64,000 nucleotides of DNA, from assembly GCF_032444005.1 (NCBI RefSeq), contig NC_091291.1:13578001-13642000 (forward strand), in the 5' to 3' direction. The translations under genes and the position numbers were made by a program. The DNA comes from Ranitomeya imitator. Lineage: Eukaryota. Position 1 is the stretch's first letter. Each line of letters opens with the position of its first letter. Positions 24,616 through 36,422 of this stretch are shown one piece after another. The notes under the pieces are model-generated. The model was not told the DNA's origin. It was given only the letters and a program-made list of their open reading frames with translations, and did no database searches.

Positions 24616-24776
24616 NNNNNNNNNNNNNNNNNNNNNNNNNNNNNNNNNNNNNNNNNNNNNNNNNNNNNNNNNNNNNNNNNNNNNNNNNNNNNNNNNNNNN
24701 NNNNNNNNNNNNNNNNNNNNNNNNNNNNNNNNNNNNNNNNNNNNNNNNNNNNNNNNNNNNNNNNNNNNNNNNNNNN

Positions 24777-25243
24777 TATAAGGACACACCTAAATGAAAT
24801 GGGAATGGTTGGTGATATCAACTTCCTGTTTGTGGGACATTAGTATATGGGAGGGGGGAATCCTTTTAAACCATTCAAGATGGGTTCTGACCATGGCGGC
24901 CAAAAGTGGGAGAAGACGGTTGCATTGACAATCCAACACAATGGGCAGCACTGTGAACACATTTTATAAGTGTTCATACACTTCTAAATAACTCATGAAA
25001 GAATAAAGTTAAGTTAAAACCAAGCACACCATTGGTTTTCTTGTGAAATTCTCCTTAAGTTTGATGTGTCACATGACCCTCTTCCCATTGGAAAAATTAA
25101 AGTTGGATCCAAAATGGCCGAGTTCAAAATGGCCGCCATGGTCACCATCCATCTTGAAAAGTTTTCCCCTCCCATATACTAATGTGCCACAAGCAGGAAG
25201 TTAATATCATCAACCATTCCCATTTTATTTAGGTGTATCCATA
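24777..25243. mobile_element. Palindromic MITE (Tc1/mariner-like by inference), both termini hidden in N runs
   Basis: About 75-bp inverted arms: ggacacacctaaatgaaatgggaatggttggtgatatcaacttcctg vs caggaagttaatatcatcaaccattcccattttatttaggtgtatcc. Confidence 0.75.
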
Positions 25244-26501
25244 NNNNNNNNNNNNNNNNNNNNNNNNNNNNNNNNNNNNNNNNNNNNNNNNNNNNNNNNN
25301 NNNNNNNNNNNNNNNNNNNNNNNNNNNNNNNNNNNNNNNNNNNNNNNNNNNNNNNNNNNNNNNNNNNNNNNNNNNNNNNNNNNNNNNNNNNNNNNNNNNN
25401 NNNNNNNNNNNNNNNNNNNNNNNNNNNNNNNNNNNNNNNNNNNNNNNNNNNNNNNNNNNNNNNNNNNNNNNNNNNNNNNNNNNNNNNNNNNNNNNNNNNN
25501 NNNNNNNNNNNNNNNNNNNNNNNNNNNNNNNNNNNNNNNNNNNNNNNNNNNNNNNNNNNNNNNNNNNNNNNNCTCACTGGTGGCAGGTCCGCCACATTCT
25601 CATATATTTCACTTTCGTCTTGTTTCCCTGCAGATAATAATAATAATAAAAAAGAACAGGCGGTAGAGAAACAGAATGACTAGAGAGACTATAGAAAAAG
25701 ACAGAAGGATTAGAACACACACAGTTTGCCCAAACAGCTTCATGCGTGTTGCTTGGACATGGGTCAACTCGTGATCTGTCAGCAAGTTTTTGCTATGTAA
25801 TTTGTGAGACGCATGCTACGGAGGATAAGACCCTGATTCCAGCCATTTATCATTTGCTGGGCTGCTTGATGTCATTTTGATACAATCAGTTTTCTCTGCT
25901 GCAGATCTAGCAAAACTCTGAATGCTGAGCTATGTATAACCCCGCCCACACCACCGATTGGCTGCTTTCTGTGTACACTGCATACTGACAAAAAGCTGCC
26001 AATCAGTGCTGGGGGTGCGGTTGGACCAGGAGAAACGAGACACCTAATCCTTTAGACATAATCTCCTGCTGATAAAACACTGATTTTTATTGAAACAACA
26101 ACATTCAGTCCAATAAGTGACAACAACATCTGCTCCGTGGCCCTAATGTGTGTTTGGGAAATGCACTTGTAACAGAGGAGAAAATTATTAATTACTATTG
26201 ATGTGCAGCACTATTATATAAAGAACGGGGGAATTATACATGTGCATTTAATGGATACAAGACCAAAACGGTGGACTTACCTCTCTGAGCCGCACCTAGG
26301 GGGGTAATATACATCTTGTTCAGCAGGTATGTGACACCAAGTATCACTACAATGCTCACAGCTGTCCCACACACAACTCCTGCAATTATAATAGGGCTCA
26401 ATCCAGAGGTGCCGACAGCGATATCTACGAGGCAACATAAAAAATGGTTATTTTGTAAGAATAGATCCTCGTAAGATAGATATCTACATAGATAATAGAT
26501 A

Positions 26502-26700
26502 CAGTTGTGTGAAAAACTGTTTGCCCCCTTCCTGATTTCCTATTTTTTTTGCATGTTTGTCACATGTAAATGTTTCACATCACCAAACAAATGCAAATAT
26601 TAGACAAAGATATCACAAGTAATCACAAAATGCAGTTTTTAAATGAAGGGCTTTATTATTAAGAAATCCAAACCTCCAGGCTCCTGTGTGAAAAAGTGAC
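26502..26700 (+). mobile_element. Tc1-like transposon terminal fragment
   Basis: TA followed by CAGTTGTGTGAAAAA; motif repeated internally (tgtgtgaaaaagtg), an IR/DR-type end. Confidence 0.65.
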
Positions 26701-27084
26701 TGATAGATTTCAATTACCGTATATACTCGAGTATAAGCCGAGGTTTTTAGCCCATTTTATTTAGGCTGAAAGTGCCACTTCTCGGCTTATACTCGAGTCA
26801 TGGTCCCCGGGGATCGTGGGGGAGGTGGAGCGGCAGCTGTCACATCATACTCACCTGCTCCCAGGAATAGAAGAACTGAAAATAGATGTGGTCTTCTGGT
26901 AGTTCATAGTTCATAAGGTTATTGATAGGAATACATGTTCCAATTATTGCCAGAAAAGTTGACCTGTGAGTTCTCAATTTTCCCATTTTGCAGTGTCCAC
27001 TGGTTACACAAGAAGTAGCTGGAATTGGACTCCAATATATAAGCCAGAGAAGCGTTGATGATGGAGGCATATAGCACATTTCTC

Positions 27085-27762
27085 TGTCACGCCGTTAATG
27101 GTGATAAAGGGGCAGGACGGGGTACTGGGACCTGCACCTGCACCTGTCCCTGCCACTATAATGGGGCCCTGGCTTTCCCTTATCTCAGGGGTACCTATAA
27201 TGGTTAGGAGGCCTGAGCCGCCAGCGTATCCCTGTCTCCTGTGCTGGCCCTATCAGTGGCCCCCTCTTCCCCCAAGGGAGGTGGACCGCACCAGTGTATA
27301 AATACAACAATTAAACAGGGTATACAGACAAGGTAACTAAAAGTCTCAAACTCACCAAATGCTCACACAACCACAGAGGAAACACAGAGAAGGGAAGAGA
27401 AGGAAAAAACTAGGAAGGAAAACAGGTTTAACATGCAACCAAAACAGCAGACACCAATCTCTGTAAATAAACCTCCAAGCTCCTAATACCACGCTTTTTC
27501 AACCTCCAAGCCAGGCAGCAGAACTGATCACTGACAACAGTTGTAGACAAAGCTGAGTCTATATAGGAGCGGAGATTACCAAAACCAAATCAGCAGAAAG
27601 ACATAGCTCTCAGCAACTTCAGTAACAAGGTTTAACTCCTGCCCTGCTGGCACAAGACAGCCAGGTCAGAATTCAGGAGGAGATCTTCTGTTCATCGTGT
27701 GTGAACAAGGCCCAGAGCTCTGCGGTTCTCTGGAACCTCTCTGTCGCGGTAGCCCCGTGACA
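27085..27762. mobile_element. Solo LTR (678 bp)
   Basis: Termini TGTCAC...GTGACA; 5-bp TSD TTCTC/GTCTC (one mismatch); the uninterrupted duplicate at 27891-27910 shows the empty site gcacat-GTCTC-gaagtg. Confidence 0.8.
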
Positions 27763-28642
27763 GTCTCGAAGTGTAAAGATCGGCTCCTCCACCACAGTTA
27801 GCAAAATGTACTCTAAAGTAGTGTGGTGCAGGTCGAAATTGTCCACTTGTGGACAATATATAAGCCAGAGAAGCTTTGATGATGGAGGCATATAGCACAT
27901 GTCTCGAAGTGTAAAGATCGGCTCCTCCACCACAGTTAGCAAAATGTATTCTAAAATAGTGTGGTGCAGGTCGAAATTGTCCACTTGTGGGGCTCCCTCC
28001 GGCTCCTCCCCACCCAGCCCATCTTGATAGACTGGTCTGCCCCTTATTATTTCTTTGCATTTTCATAAGGAGTCCCCTTTCACTAAGTAATCACAGTGGC
28101 ATCTAAGAAGGGATCAGAGAAGGGGAAAGCTGTCCTGTTCTTGTAGCCATAATATGGATGTCGAAATGTGACCATGTTTAAAATGTAATAGTCATTTGTC
28201 TTTTTACACCCATAACTCAACAGTATACATGAAAATAAGAAACTTGTAAGATATCTTATAAGAGGAATCTGCCCTTTTTTCTCCTCCTACTCTAATCTTT
28301 CATTTTTTTTGAATACTCATAAAATTGGTACTCAAAAAACATCTGTGCCTGCCTCCAGCTCCTCCCATCTCCATCTTATGAGCTCCGAGTTTCATCTTCT
28401 ATCTCAGTAAAGGGGATATGTGTCTTCACTGAAGTCATATTTTACAGATGTTATGCCTGAATTGAGAGCGAATGACCAGTCCAGGATAAGAAGGAAGCAG
28501 ATTTGTCTGATAATATATATTACAAAGTTATTTATTTTCATGTGTACTATTGATTTATGAAATTAAATAGAAAATGATTATCTGAAACTAGGAAATAATA
28601 TATTAATTAACTACTGATTAACCAATTACTTTACATCTTTAC

Positions 28643-28903
28643 CTGTAGTCACATTCACATACGCAGAGTCAATAGCAGTGCCGAGGGTCACCGGGTTCCT
28701 CACCACACACGTGTACAGTCCTTCATCCTCAGGTGCAGCATTACTAATAATATATTTGTTTGTTTTTTCTTTTAAGTCTGTTCCATTATGTTTCCACTGG
28801 TATTCAGGAGGTGGGACAGAATCAGCAGAACATATTAACGTGATGGAAGAACCAGGGTTCACATGTAATCTACCACTTGTTATATGTACCATATCTGGAC
28901 CAT
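28643..28903 (-). CDS. CEACAM-like gene, second IgC (B-like) exon
   Basis: (Y)GPDMVHITS...LICSADSVPPPEYQWKHNG...DEGLYTCVVRN...VNVTT; acceptor tttttgctttgcag, donor gtaaag; 261 bp, phase 1-1; the VAYGPD junction is CEACAM-typical. Confidence 0.93.
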
Positions 28904-29323
28904 CTGCAAAGCAAAAATAGACAGCAGACGCAATAAGTAATGGTGCCTATAAATCATGCATTTCAGCCAAGTATTATCTCAAGATACCAAAAAGAATTTC
29001 CCCAAATGTATCACACAGGTTTTTAGAAACCTCCAATTTATGATGTTGATAGTTATTGTTGTCATAAGACTAACATGTATGATACTATACTAGAGGTTAG
29101 GACAGCCCTGATTGGGTCACCTTGGCGCAGTTGGATGGCTTTTACGCTTTTTTTTAAAATGGAAAATAATGTTTACTAAATAGTCTATGTTATTTATATG
29201 TTGTATTGCCTTTTACTTACAGCAGGGTATATGTTCAATTTGAAATATAAACAAGTGGCGCAAGGTGTCAGGAGGCTAAATTTTCTGCTGCGAATAAACA
29301 ATTACCGCTGAAATAGTAATAAA

Positions 29324-30131
29324 ATATAAAATAAAGAAAAAATATTCGGGCTGAAGACAGCCAGTGAAAATAAATAACTTCCCTAAGGAAGCACCAAACT
29401 CGGTACGTATCGGTACGGGTATAGTGAGCCAATGGTGGAGGTACAGATATAACCCGCAGGTAACTTCCAGCAACTGGTATTGAACACATACGGTGACGAT
29501 GAACAGTCTGTATAATAAAATGAGTCAATTTCTTACCCGTAGCATGAAAACCGTAGAGGTTGATAGTTTCCCGATGCTCCAATGCGAGGTAGGTAAAATA
29601 GATGAAATCTTTGGAATCGTGCCGGAGAACCATCCTGGTCCTTACCGCGACCCGTACATGTTCTCAAGTCACGCGGGCGGTCACGTGATCCATTGGGTCA
29701 CGAAGGTCCTCCAGACGAGCCGCTTTCAATATTCGCACATCACGCAGCGTCTGGTCACTAGGACACAGGATCTCGCCTCCTACTGGAAGTTATGGACGGA
29801 ATAGCTGCCACCGGCCGGGGCAGGTCTCCGGCACGATTCCAAAGACTTCATCTATTTTATACCTACCTCACTTTGGAGCATCAGGAAACTATCAACCTCC
29901 ACGGTTTTCCTGCTGCGGGTAAGAAATTGACTCATTTTATTATACAGACTGTTCATCGTCAACGTATGTGTTCAACACCAGTTGCTAGAAGTTACCTGCG
30001 GGTTATATCTGTACCTCCACCATTGGCTCACTATAACCATACCGATACGTACTGAATCTGGTGTTTCGTGAGGGAAGTTATTTATTTTCACTGGCTGTCT
30101 TCAGCACAAATATTTTTTCTTTATTTTATAT
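29324..30131. mobile_element. Foldback element or long-TIR MITE with about 305-bp inverted arms
   Basis: About 29324-29629 is the reverse complement of about 29825-30131 at high but imperfect identity; about 195-bp GC-rich spacer. Confidence 0.85.
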
Positions 30132-30252
30132 GTTGAATTTGTTTCTATCTTAGGTTTTGTCTGTTTAATGGCCAGTGTGAACACGGTCCTACATGTTGTG
30201 TGTAAACCAACTTATACTCAAGTTAATTTATTTTGTTTTGTTATATATGATA

Positions 30253-30656
30253 AATAAAGAAAAAATAATCTCCAGCATGGATCTTCTAAAAAGTCAATTT
30301 ATTGGAAACACATTAAAATGCAAACATTTGCAAAAAAGAGATGGGGGTCCCAGGTGGTCAACGCCGACACGTTTCGACCATCAGGTCTTAGTGATGCCAT
30401 GACTAAGACCTGATGGTCGAAACGCGTCGGCGTTGACCACCTGGGAGCCCCATCTCTTTTTTGCAAATGTTTGCATTTTAATGTGTTTCCAATAAATTGA
30501 CTTTTTAGAAGATCCATGCTGGAGATTATTTTTTCTTTTTCATTGCTGGCTCTGGACTACGACCTTGACCAAGGCGGCTCCGTGCATGGACATCATTGCA
30601 CTGTTGAGGGATTGGTGAGCTGACTTATTTTCTTCCCATTTTTTCCTTTTTCCCTA
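30253..30656. mobile_element. Penelope pLTR-derived insertion: 283-bp near-perfect palindrome plus tail, 17-bp TSD
   Basis: Arms 30256-30396 and 30398-30538; TSD TTTTGTTATATATGATA at 30236-30252 and 30657-30673; CGAAACGCGT motif. Confidence 0.8.
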
Positions 30657-30752
30657 TTTTGTTATATATGATAGGAAGACCAGTCAGAGTATCGCCAAAG
30701 AGACTACATAGTCCATTACATCCTTACCAGTATAACTTTGATGGTTACTTAC

Positions 30753-31019
30753 AGGCCACAGTCACCGGGTACGGATCACTGGTACTGGCACTGACAAGGT
30801 TCTGAGCTTCACACCGGTATTCTCCTGCATCTCCTCTCTTAACATTAGGGAAGGTGAGAGTCCTGTTATCTCTAAATAATATGGATCCAGATGGGATGCC
30901 GGCACCATTCCTGGTCCACCTTATGGTCATAGCATGTTCAGTGGTACAAAGTAGGGTGAATACCTCATTTTCCTTGAGTTGGGTGGTAAAAGCTATGATT
31001 ATAGGTTTAGTAACTGATT
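30753..31019 (-). CDS. CEACAM-like gene, first IgC (A-like) exon
   Basis: (E)SVTKPII...LLCTTE...IRWTRNG...DNRTLTF...DAGEYRCEAQN...VTVA; acceptor catccatttacag, donor gtaagt; 267 bp, phase 1-1. Confidence 0.93.
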
Positions 31020-31425
31020 CTGTAAATGGATGAACACAGAGGACAATTATCAGCAAGTAATTCACTGTTTAGATCAATAGTAGAATTTGCCATCAAACAA
31101 CTAAAAGACTGTGATTCAGAATAACACAGCAGAACAGAATAATAGAGCAGAGTCCTCTATTCAGGGTCCACATCTAACATTCATAGTATTTTTAAAAATT
31201 ATTTCCCATTTTGTCCTGATGTTGCTAGGCTGAATCCACTGAATTGGGTGAAGAGTTTAGCTGACTGGACGGGTTGTTGAAGCATATGGCTATGGTAAAG
31301 AATATTGCCGTACAGGAGACAGCTGGGAGATCAATGCCTGTGTGTCAGTGACTGAAAAACTGTAACTGCATGAGAGGGCTGCAACATGTGAAATTGCCCA
31401 GACAAAACTAATACCTGAGAATGGA

Positions 31426-34400
31426 GAGATCAGTGCCTGAGTCTCAGTTAGATCAGTGCCTGATTGTCAGTTAGGAGATCAGTACCTGAGTGTCAGTTGG
31501 GAGATCAGTGCCTGAGTGTCAGTTGGGAGATCAGTGCCTGATTGTCAGTTGGGAGATCAGTGCCTGAGTGTCAGTTGGGAGATCAGTGCCTGAGTGTCAG
31601 TTGGGAGATCAGTGCCTGATTGTCAGTTGGGAGATCAGTACCTGAGTGTCAGTTGGGAGATCAGTGCCTGAGTGTCAGTTAGATCAGTGCCTGAGTGTCA
31701 GTTGGGAGATCAGTGCCTAAGTGTCAGTTGGGAGATCAGTGCCTGAGTGTCAGTTGGGAGATCAGTGCCTGAGTTTCAGTTGGGAGATCATTACCTGAGT
31801 GTCAGTTGGGAGATCAGTGCCTGAGTGTCAGTTGGGAGATCAGTGCCTGAGTGTGAGTTGGGAGTTCAGTGCCTGAGTTTCAGTTGGGAGATCATTACCC
31901 GAGTGTCAGTTGGGAGATCAGTGCCTGAGTGACAGTTGGGAGTTCAGTGCCTGAGTGTCAGTTGGGAGATCAGTGCCTGAGTTTCAGTTGGAAGTTCAGT
32001 GCCTGAGTGTTAGTTGGGAGATCAGTGCCTGAGTTTCAGTTGGAAGTTCAGTGCCTGAGTGTTAGTTGGGAGATCAGTGCCTGAGTTTCAGTTGGAAGTT
32101 CAGTGCCTGAGTGTCAGTTGGGAGATCAGTGCCTGAGTGTTAGTTGGGAGATCAGTGCCTGAGTTTCAGTTGGAAGTTCAGTGCCTGAGTTTCAGTTGGA
32201 AGTTCAGTGCCTGAGTGTCAGTTGGGAGATCAGTGCCTGAGTGTTAGTTGGGAGATCAGTGCCTGAGTGTCAGTTGGGAGATCAGTGCCTGATTGTCAGT
32301 TGGGAGATCAGTGCCTGAGTGTCAGTTGGGAGTTCAGTGCCTGATTGTCAGTTGGGAGATCAGTGCCTGAGTGTCAGTTGGGAGTTCAGTGCCTGAGTGT
32401 CAGTTGGGAGATCAGTGCCTGAGTTTCAGTTGGAAGTTCAGTGCCTGAGTGTTAGTTGGGAGATCAGTGCCTGAGTTTCAGTTGGAAGTTCAGTGCCTGA
32501 GTGTTAGTTGGGAGATCAGTGCCTGAGTTTCAGTTGGAAGTTCAGTGCCTGAGTGTCAGTTGGGAGATCAGTGCCTGATTGTCAGTTGGGAGATCAGTGC
32601 CTGAGTGTCAGTTGGGAGTTCAGTGCCTGATTGTCAGTTGGGAGATCAGTGCCTGAGTGTCAGTTGGGAGATCAGTGCCTGAGTGTCAGTTGGGAGATCA
32701 GTACCTGAGTGTCAGTTAGATCAGTGCCTGAGTGTCAGTTGGGAGATCAGTGCCTAAGTGTCATTTGGGAGATCAGTGCCTGAGTGTCAGTTGGGAGATC
32801 AGTGCCTGAGTGTCAGTTGGGAGATCAGTGCCTGAGTGTCAGTTGGGAGATCAGTGCCTGATTGTCAGTTGGGAGTTCAGTGTCTGAGTGTCAGTTGGGA
32901 GACCAGTGCCTGAGTGTTAGTTGGGAGATCAGTACCTGAGTGTCAGTTGGGAGATCAGTGCCTGAGTGTCAGTTGGGAGATCAGTGCCTGAGTTTCAGTT
33001 GGGAGATCATTACCTGAGTGTCAGTTGGGAGATCAGTGCCTGAGTGTGAGTTGGGAGTTCAGTGCCTGAGTTTCAGTTGGGAGATCATTACCCGAGTGTC
33101 AGTTGGGAGATCAGTGCCTGAGTGACAGTTGGGAGATCAGTGCCTGAGTGTCAGTTGGGAGTTCAGTGCCTGAGTGTCAGTTGGGAGATCAGTGCCTGAG
33201 TTTCAGTTGGAAGTTCAGTGCCTGAGTGTTAGTTGGGAGATCAGTGCCAGAGTTTCAGTTGGAAGTTCAGTGCCTGAGTGTCAGTTGGGAGATCAGTGCC
33301 TGAGTGTCAGTTGGGAGATCAGTGCCTGAGTGTCAGTTGGGAGATCAGTGCCTGAGTGTCAGTTGGGAGTTCAGTGCCTGAGTTTCAGTTGGGAGATCAG
33401 TGCCTGAGTGTCAGTTGGGAGATCAGTGCCTGAGTTTCAGTTGGAAGTTCAGTGCCTGAGTGTCAGTTGGGAGATCAGTGCCTGAGTTTCAGTTGGGAGA
33501 TCGGTGCCTGAGTGTCAGTTGGGAGATCAGTGCCTGAGTATCAGTTGGGAGATCAGTGCCTGAGTTTCTGTTGGGAGATCAGTGCCTGAGTTTCAGTTGG
33601 GAGTTCAGTGCCTGAGTGTCAGTTGGGAGATCAGTGCCTGAGTTTCAGTTGGGAGATCAGTGCCTGAGTTTCAGTTGGGAGATCAGTGCCTGAGTTTCAG
33701 TTGGGAGATCAGTGCCTGAGTGTCAGTTGGGAGATCAGTGCCTGAGTTTCAGTTGGGAGATCAGTGCCTGAGTGTCAGTTGGGAGATCAGTGCCTGAGTT
33801 TCATTTGGGAGTTCAGTGCCTGAGTGTCAGTTGGGAGTTCAGTGCCTGAGTTTCAGTTGGGAGATCAGTGCCTGAGTGTCAGTTGGGAGATCAGTGCCTG
33901 AATTTCAGTTGGGAGATCAGTGCCTGAGTTTCAGTTGGGAGATCAGTGCCTGAGTTTCAGTTGGTAGTTCAGTGCCTAAGTGTCATTTGGGAGACCAGTG
34001 CCTGAGTGTCAGTTGGGAGATCAGTGCCTGAGTTTCATTTGGGAGACCAGTGCCTGAGTGTCAGTTGGGAGTTCAGTGCCTGAGTGTCAGTTGGTAGTTC
34101 AGTGCCTAAGTGTCATTTGGGAGACCAGTGCCTGAGTGTCAGTTGGGAGATCAGTGCCTGAGTTTCAGTTGGGAGTTCAGTGCCTAAGTGTCATTTGGGA
34201 GATCAGTACCTGAGTTTCAGTTGGGAGATCAGTGCCTAAGTGTCATTTGGGAGTTCAGTGCCTGAGTTTCAGTTGGGAGTTCAGTGCCTGAGTGTCAGTT
34301 GGCAGATCAGTGCCTGAGTTTCACTTGGGAGATCAGTGCCTGAGTGTCAGTTGGGAGATCAGTGCCTGAGTTTCAGTTGGGAGTTCTGTGCCTAAGTGTC

Positions 34401-35328
34401 ATTTGGGAGATCAGTGCCTGAGTGTCAGTTGGGAGATCAGTGCCTGAGTGTCAGTTGGGAGATCAGTGCCTGAGTTTCAGTTGGGAGATCAGTGCCTGAG
34501 TGTCAGTTGGGAGATCAGTGAATGAGTTTTAGTTGGGAGATCAGTGCCTGAGTGTCAGTTGGGAGATCAGTTCCTGAGTGTCAGTTGGGAGATCAGTGCC
34601 TGAGTTTCAGTTGGGAGACCAGTGCCTGAGTGTCATTTGGGAGATCAGTGCCTGAGATTCAGTTGGGAGTTCAGTGCCTGAGTGTCAGTTGGGAGATCAG
34701 TGCCTGAGTTTCAGTTGGGAGACCAGTGCCTGAGTGTCAGTTGGGAGATCAGTGCCTGAGTTCCAGTTGGGAGACCAGTGCCTGAGTTTCAGTTGGGAGT
34801 TCAGTGCCTGAGTGTCAGTTGGGAGATCAGTGCCTGAGTTCCAGTTGGGAGACCAGTGCCTGAGTGTCATTTGGGAGATCAGTACCTGAGTTTCAGTTGG
34901 GAGATCAGTGCCTAAGTGTCATTTGGGAGTTCAGTGCCTGAGTTTCAGTTGGGAGTTCAGTGCCTGAGTGTCAGTTGGGAGATCAGTGCCTGAGTTTCAG
35001 TTGGGAGATCAGTGCCTGAGTGTCAGTTGGGAGATCAGTGCCTGAGTTTCAGTTGGGAGATCAGTGCCTGAGTGTCAGTTGGGAGATCAGTGCCTGAGTG
35101 TCAGTTGGGAGATCAGTGCCTGAGTTTCAGTTGGGAGATCAGTGCCTGAGTGTCAGTTGGGAGATCAGTGCCTGAGTTTAAGTTGGGAGATCAGTGCCTG
35201 AGTTTAAGTTGGGAGATCAGTGCCTGAGTTTCAGTTGGGAGACCAGTGCCTGAGTTTCAGTTGGGAGATCAGTGCCTGAGTGTCAGTTGGGAGTTCAGTG
35301 CCTGAGTTTCAGTTGGGAGATCAGTGCC
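31426..35328. repeat. 26-bp tandem satellite (about 150 units) in the N-A intron
   Basis: Unit tcagttgggagatcagtgcctgagtg with scattered variants. Confidence 0.98.
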
Positions 35329-36071
35329 GGACTATTATTTAGCAATGTTCAATGACTTTGATTTTACGACTGCTCTGAAATCATCAAGTTTACTGTGCCT
35401 TCCTGTACGTTTAAAACCAACAAGTTTCCTGTGTCGTAATGTAAACAAATACAGACTTCTATTGTTCTCGGAGACTATGATCATTTTAAAGTGGAATGTC
35501 TTATAGAGTAATAGGCCCAGGGTTAGGGTGCAATGATATCATGGAAGAATTAGGAAATCTTTAATCTACTTCCTAATGCAGAAGATATTTAAGGAATGGT
35601 GCCAATGAGCAAGGTGAATTGATAAGTCTGGTACTTTTTCTTTCAGTCACCATAAGATCTCAGAACAAATAAGATTAATATTATGGGATGTTAGGTAATA
35701 TTATAATAACTTATAGATATAATTATTACTATAACACAATGTTTGTGCGTCAGGGCAAACCAATTATTTTAAGAGTTAAATCAATGATATCTACTGTGCA
35801 GCCTTTTAGGTGCTTATTTCACATTTAATTATTGTGTAAAGAATATGATATAATATAATTCATTTTATATGTAGAATGTTATTTCATTGTCCCTTGTGTT
35901 GGGAAATTGTGGCCAATCGAAACCAGGACTAAAAAATATAAAACAGTTGTACATTTCTTTGGCAGGGATGTGACTATAGGGATTTCTTGATGGGTCGGAT
36001 CCTTTGTGGTTTTGTTTTTGTCTTCACTTCATGTATTGTACTGTATAATAGTAATAGTCGGTGATACTCAC

Positions 36072-36422
36072 CGTAGACGATCAGGGACACAGTTAGGTTC
36101 TCGAATGTTTTCTTTAATTGAACTGTATAATTTCCCCCATCTGTGGCACGAAGATCTTTAATGCGTAATGATCCGTTATTGAAAGCCGAGAACCGATCAT
36201 TGAACAGGGGTCCGCGTAATATTATGGGACTATTGGGATAAATAAAGCTCAGGATTCCATAGGGAATGTCTGGTTTTGATCCTTTATACCAGGTGAAATC
36301 CCCAATGTTTTCCATAATCCCCATAATATTTAATGTGACAGATCCATTAATAGTTGGATATTGAGGAACCAGCTGGAAGCTTGCTATTCCATAAACCATC
36401 TCTAGCCATAGGTACGGGAAAA
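36072..36422 (-). CDS. CEACAM-like gene, N-terminal IgV-like exon (end of signal peptide plus Cys-free N domain)
   Basis: FPYLWLEMVYG-IASFQLVPQYPTINGSVTL...FTWYKG...RFSAFNNGSLRIKDLRATDGGNYTV...LIVY; no Ig disulfide Cys; acceptor ctttttcttttcag, donor gtgagt; 351 bp, phase 1-1. Confidence 0.93.

Noticed and set aside
24547-25637. ORFs spanning N runs (also 45618-46191)
   Set aside because: Artefacts of unknown bases.
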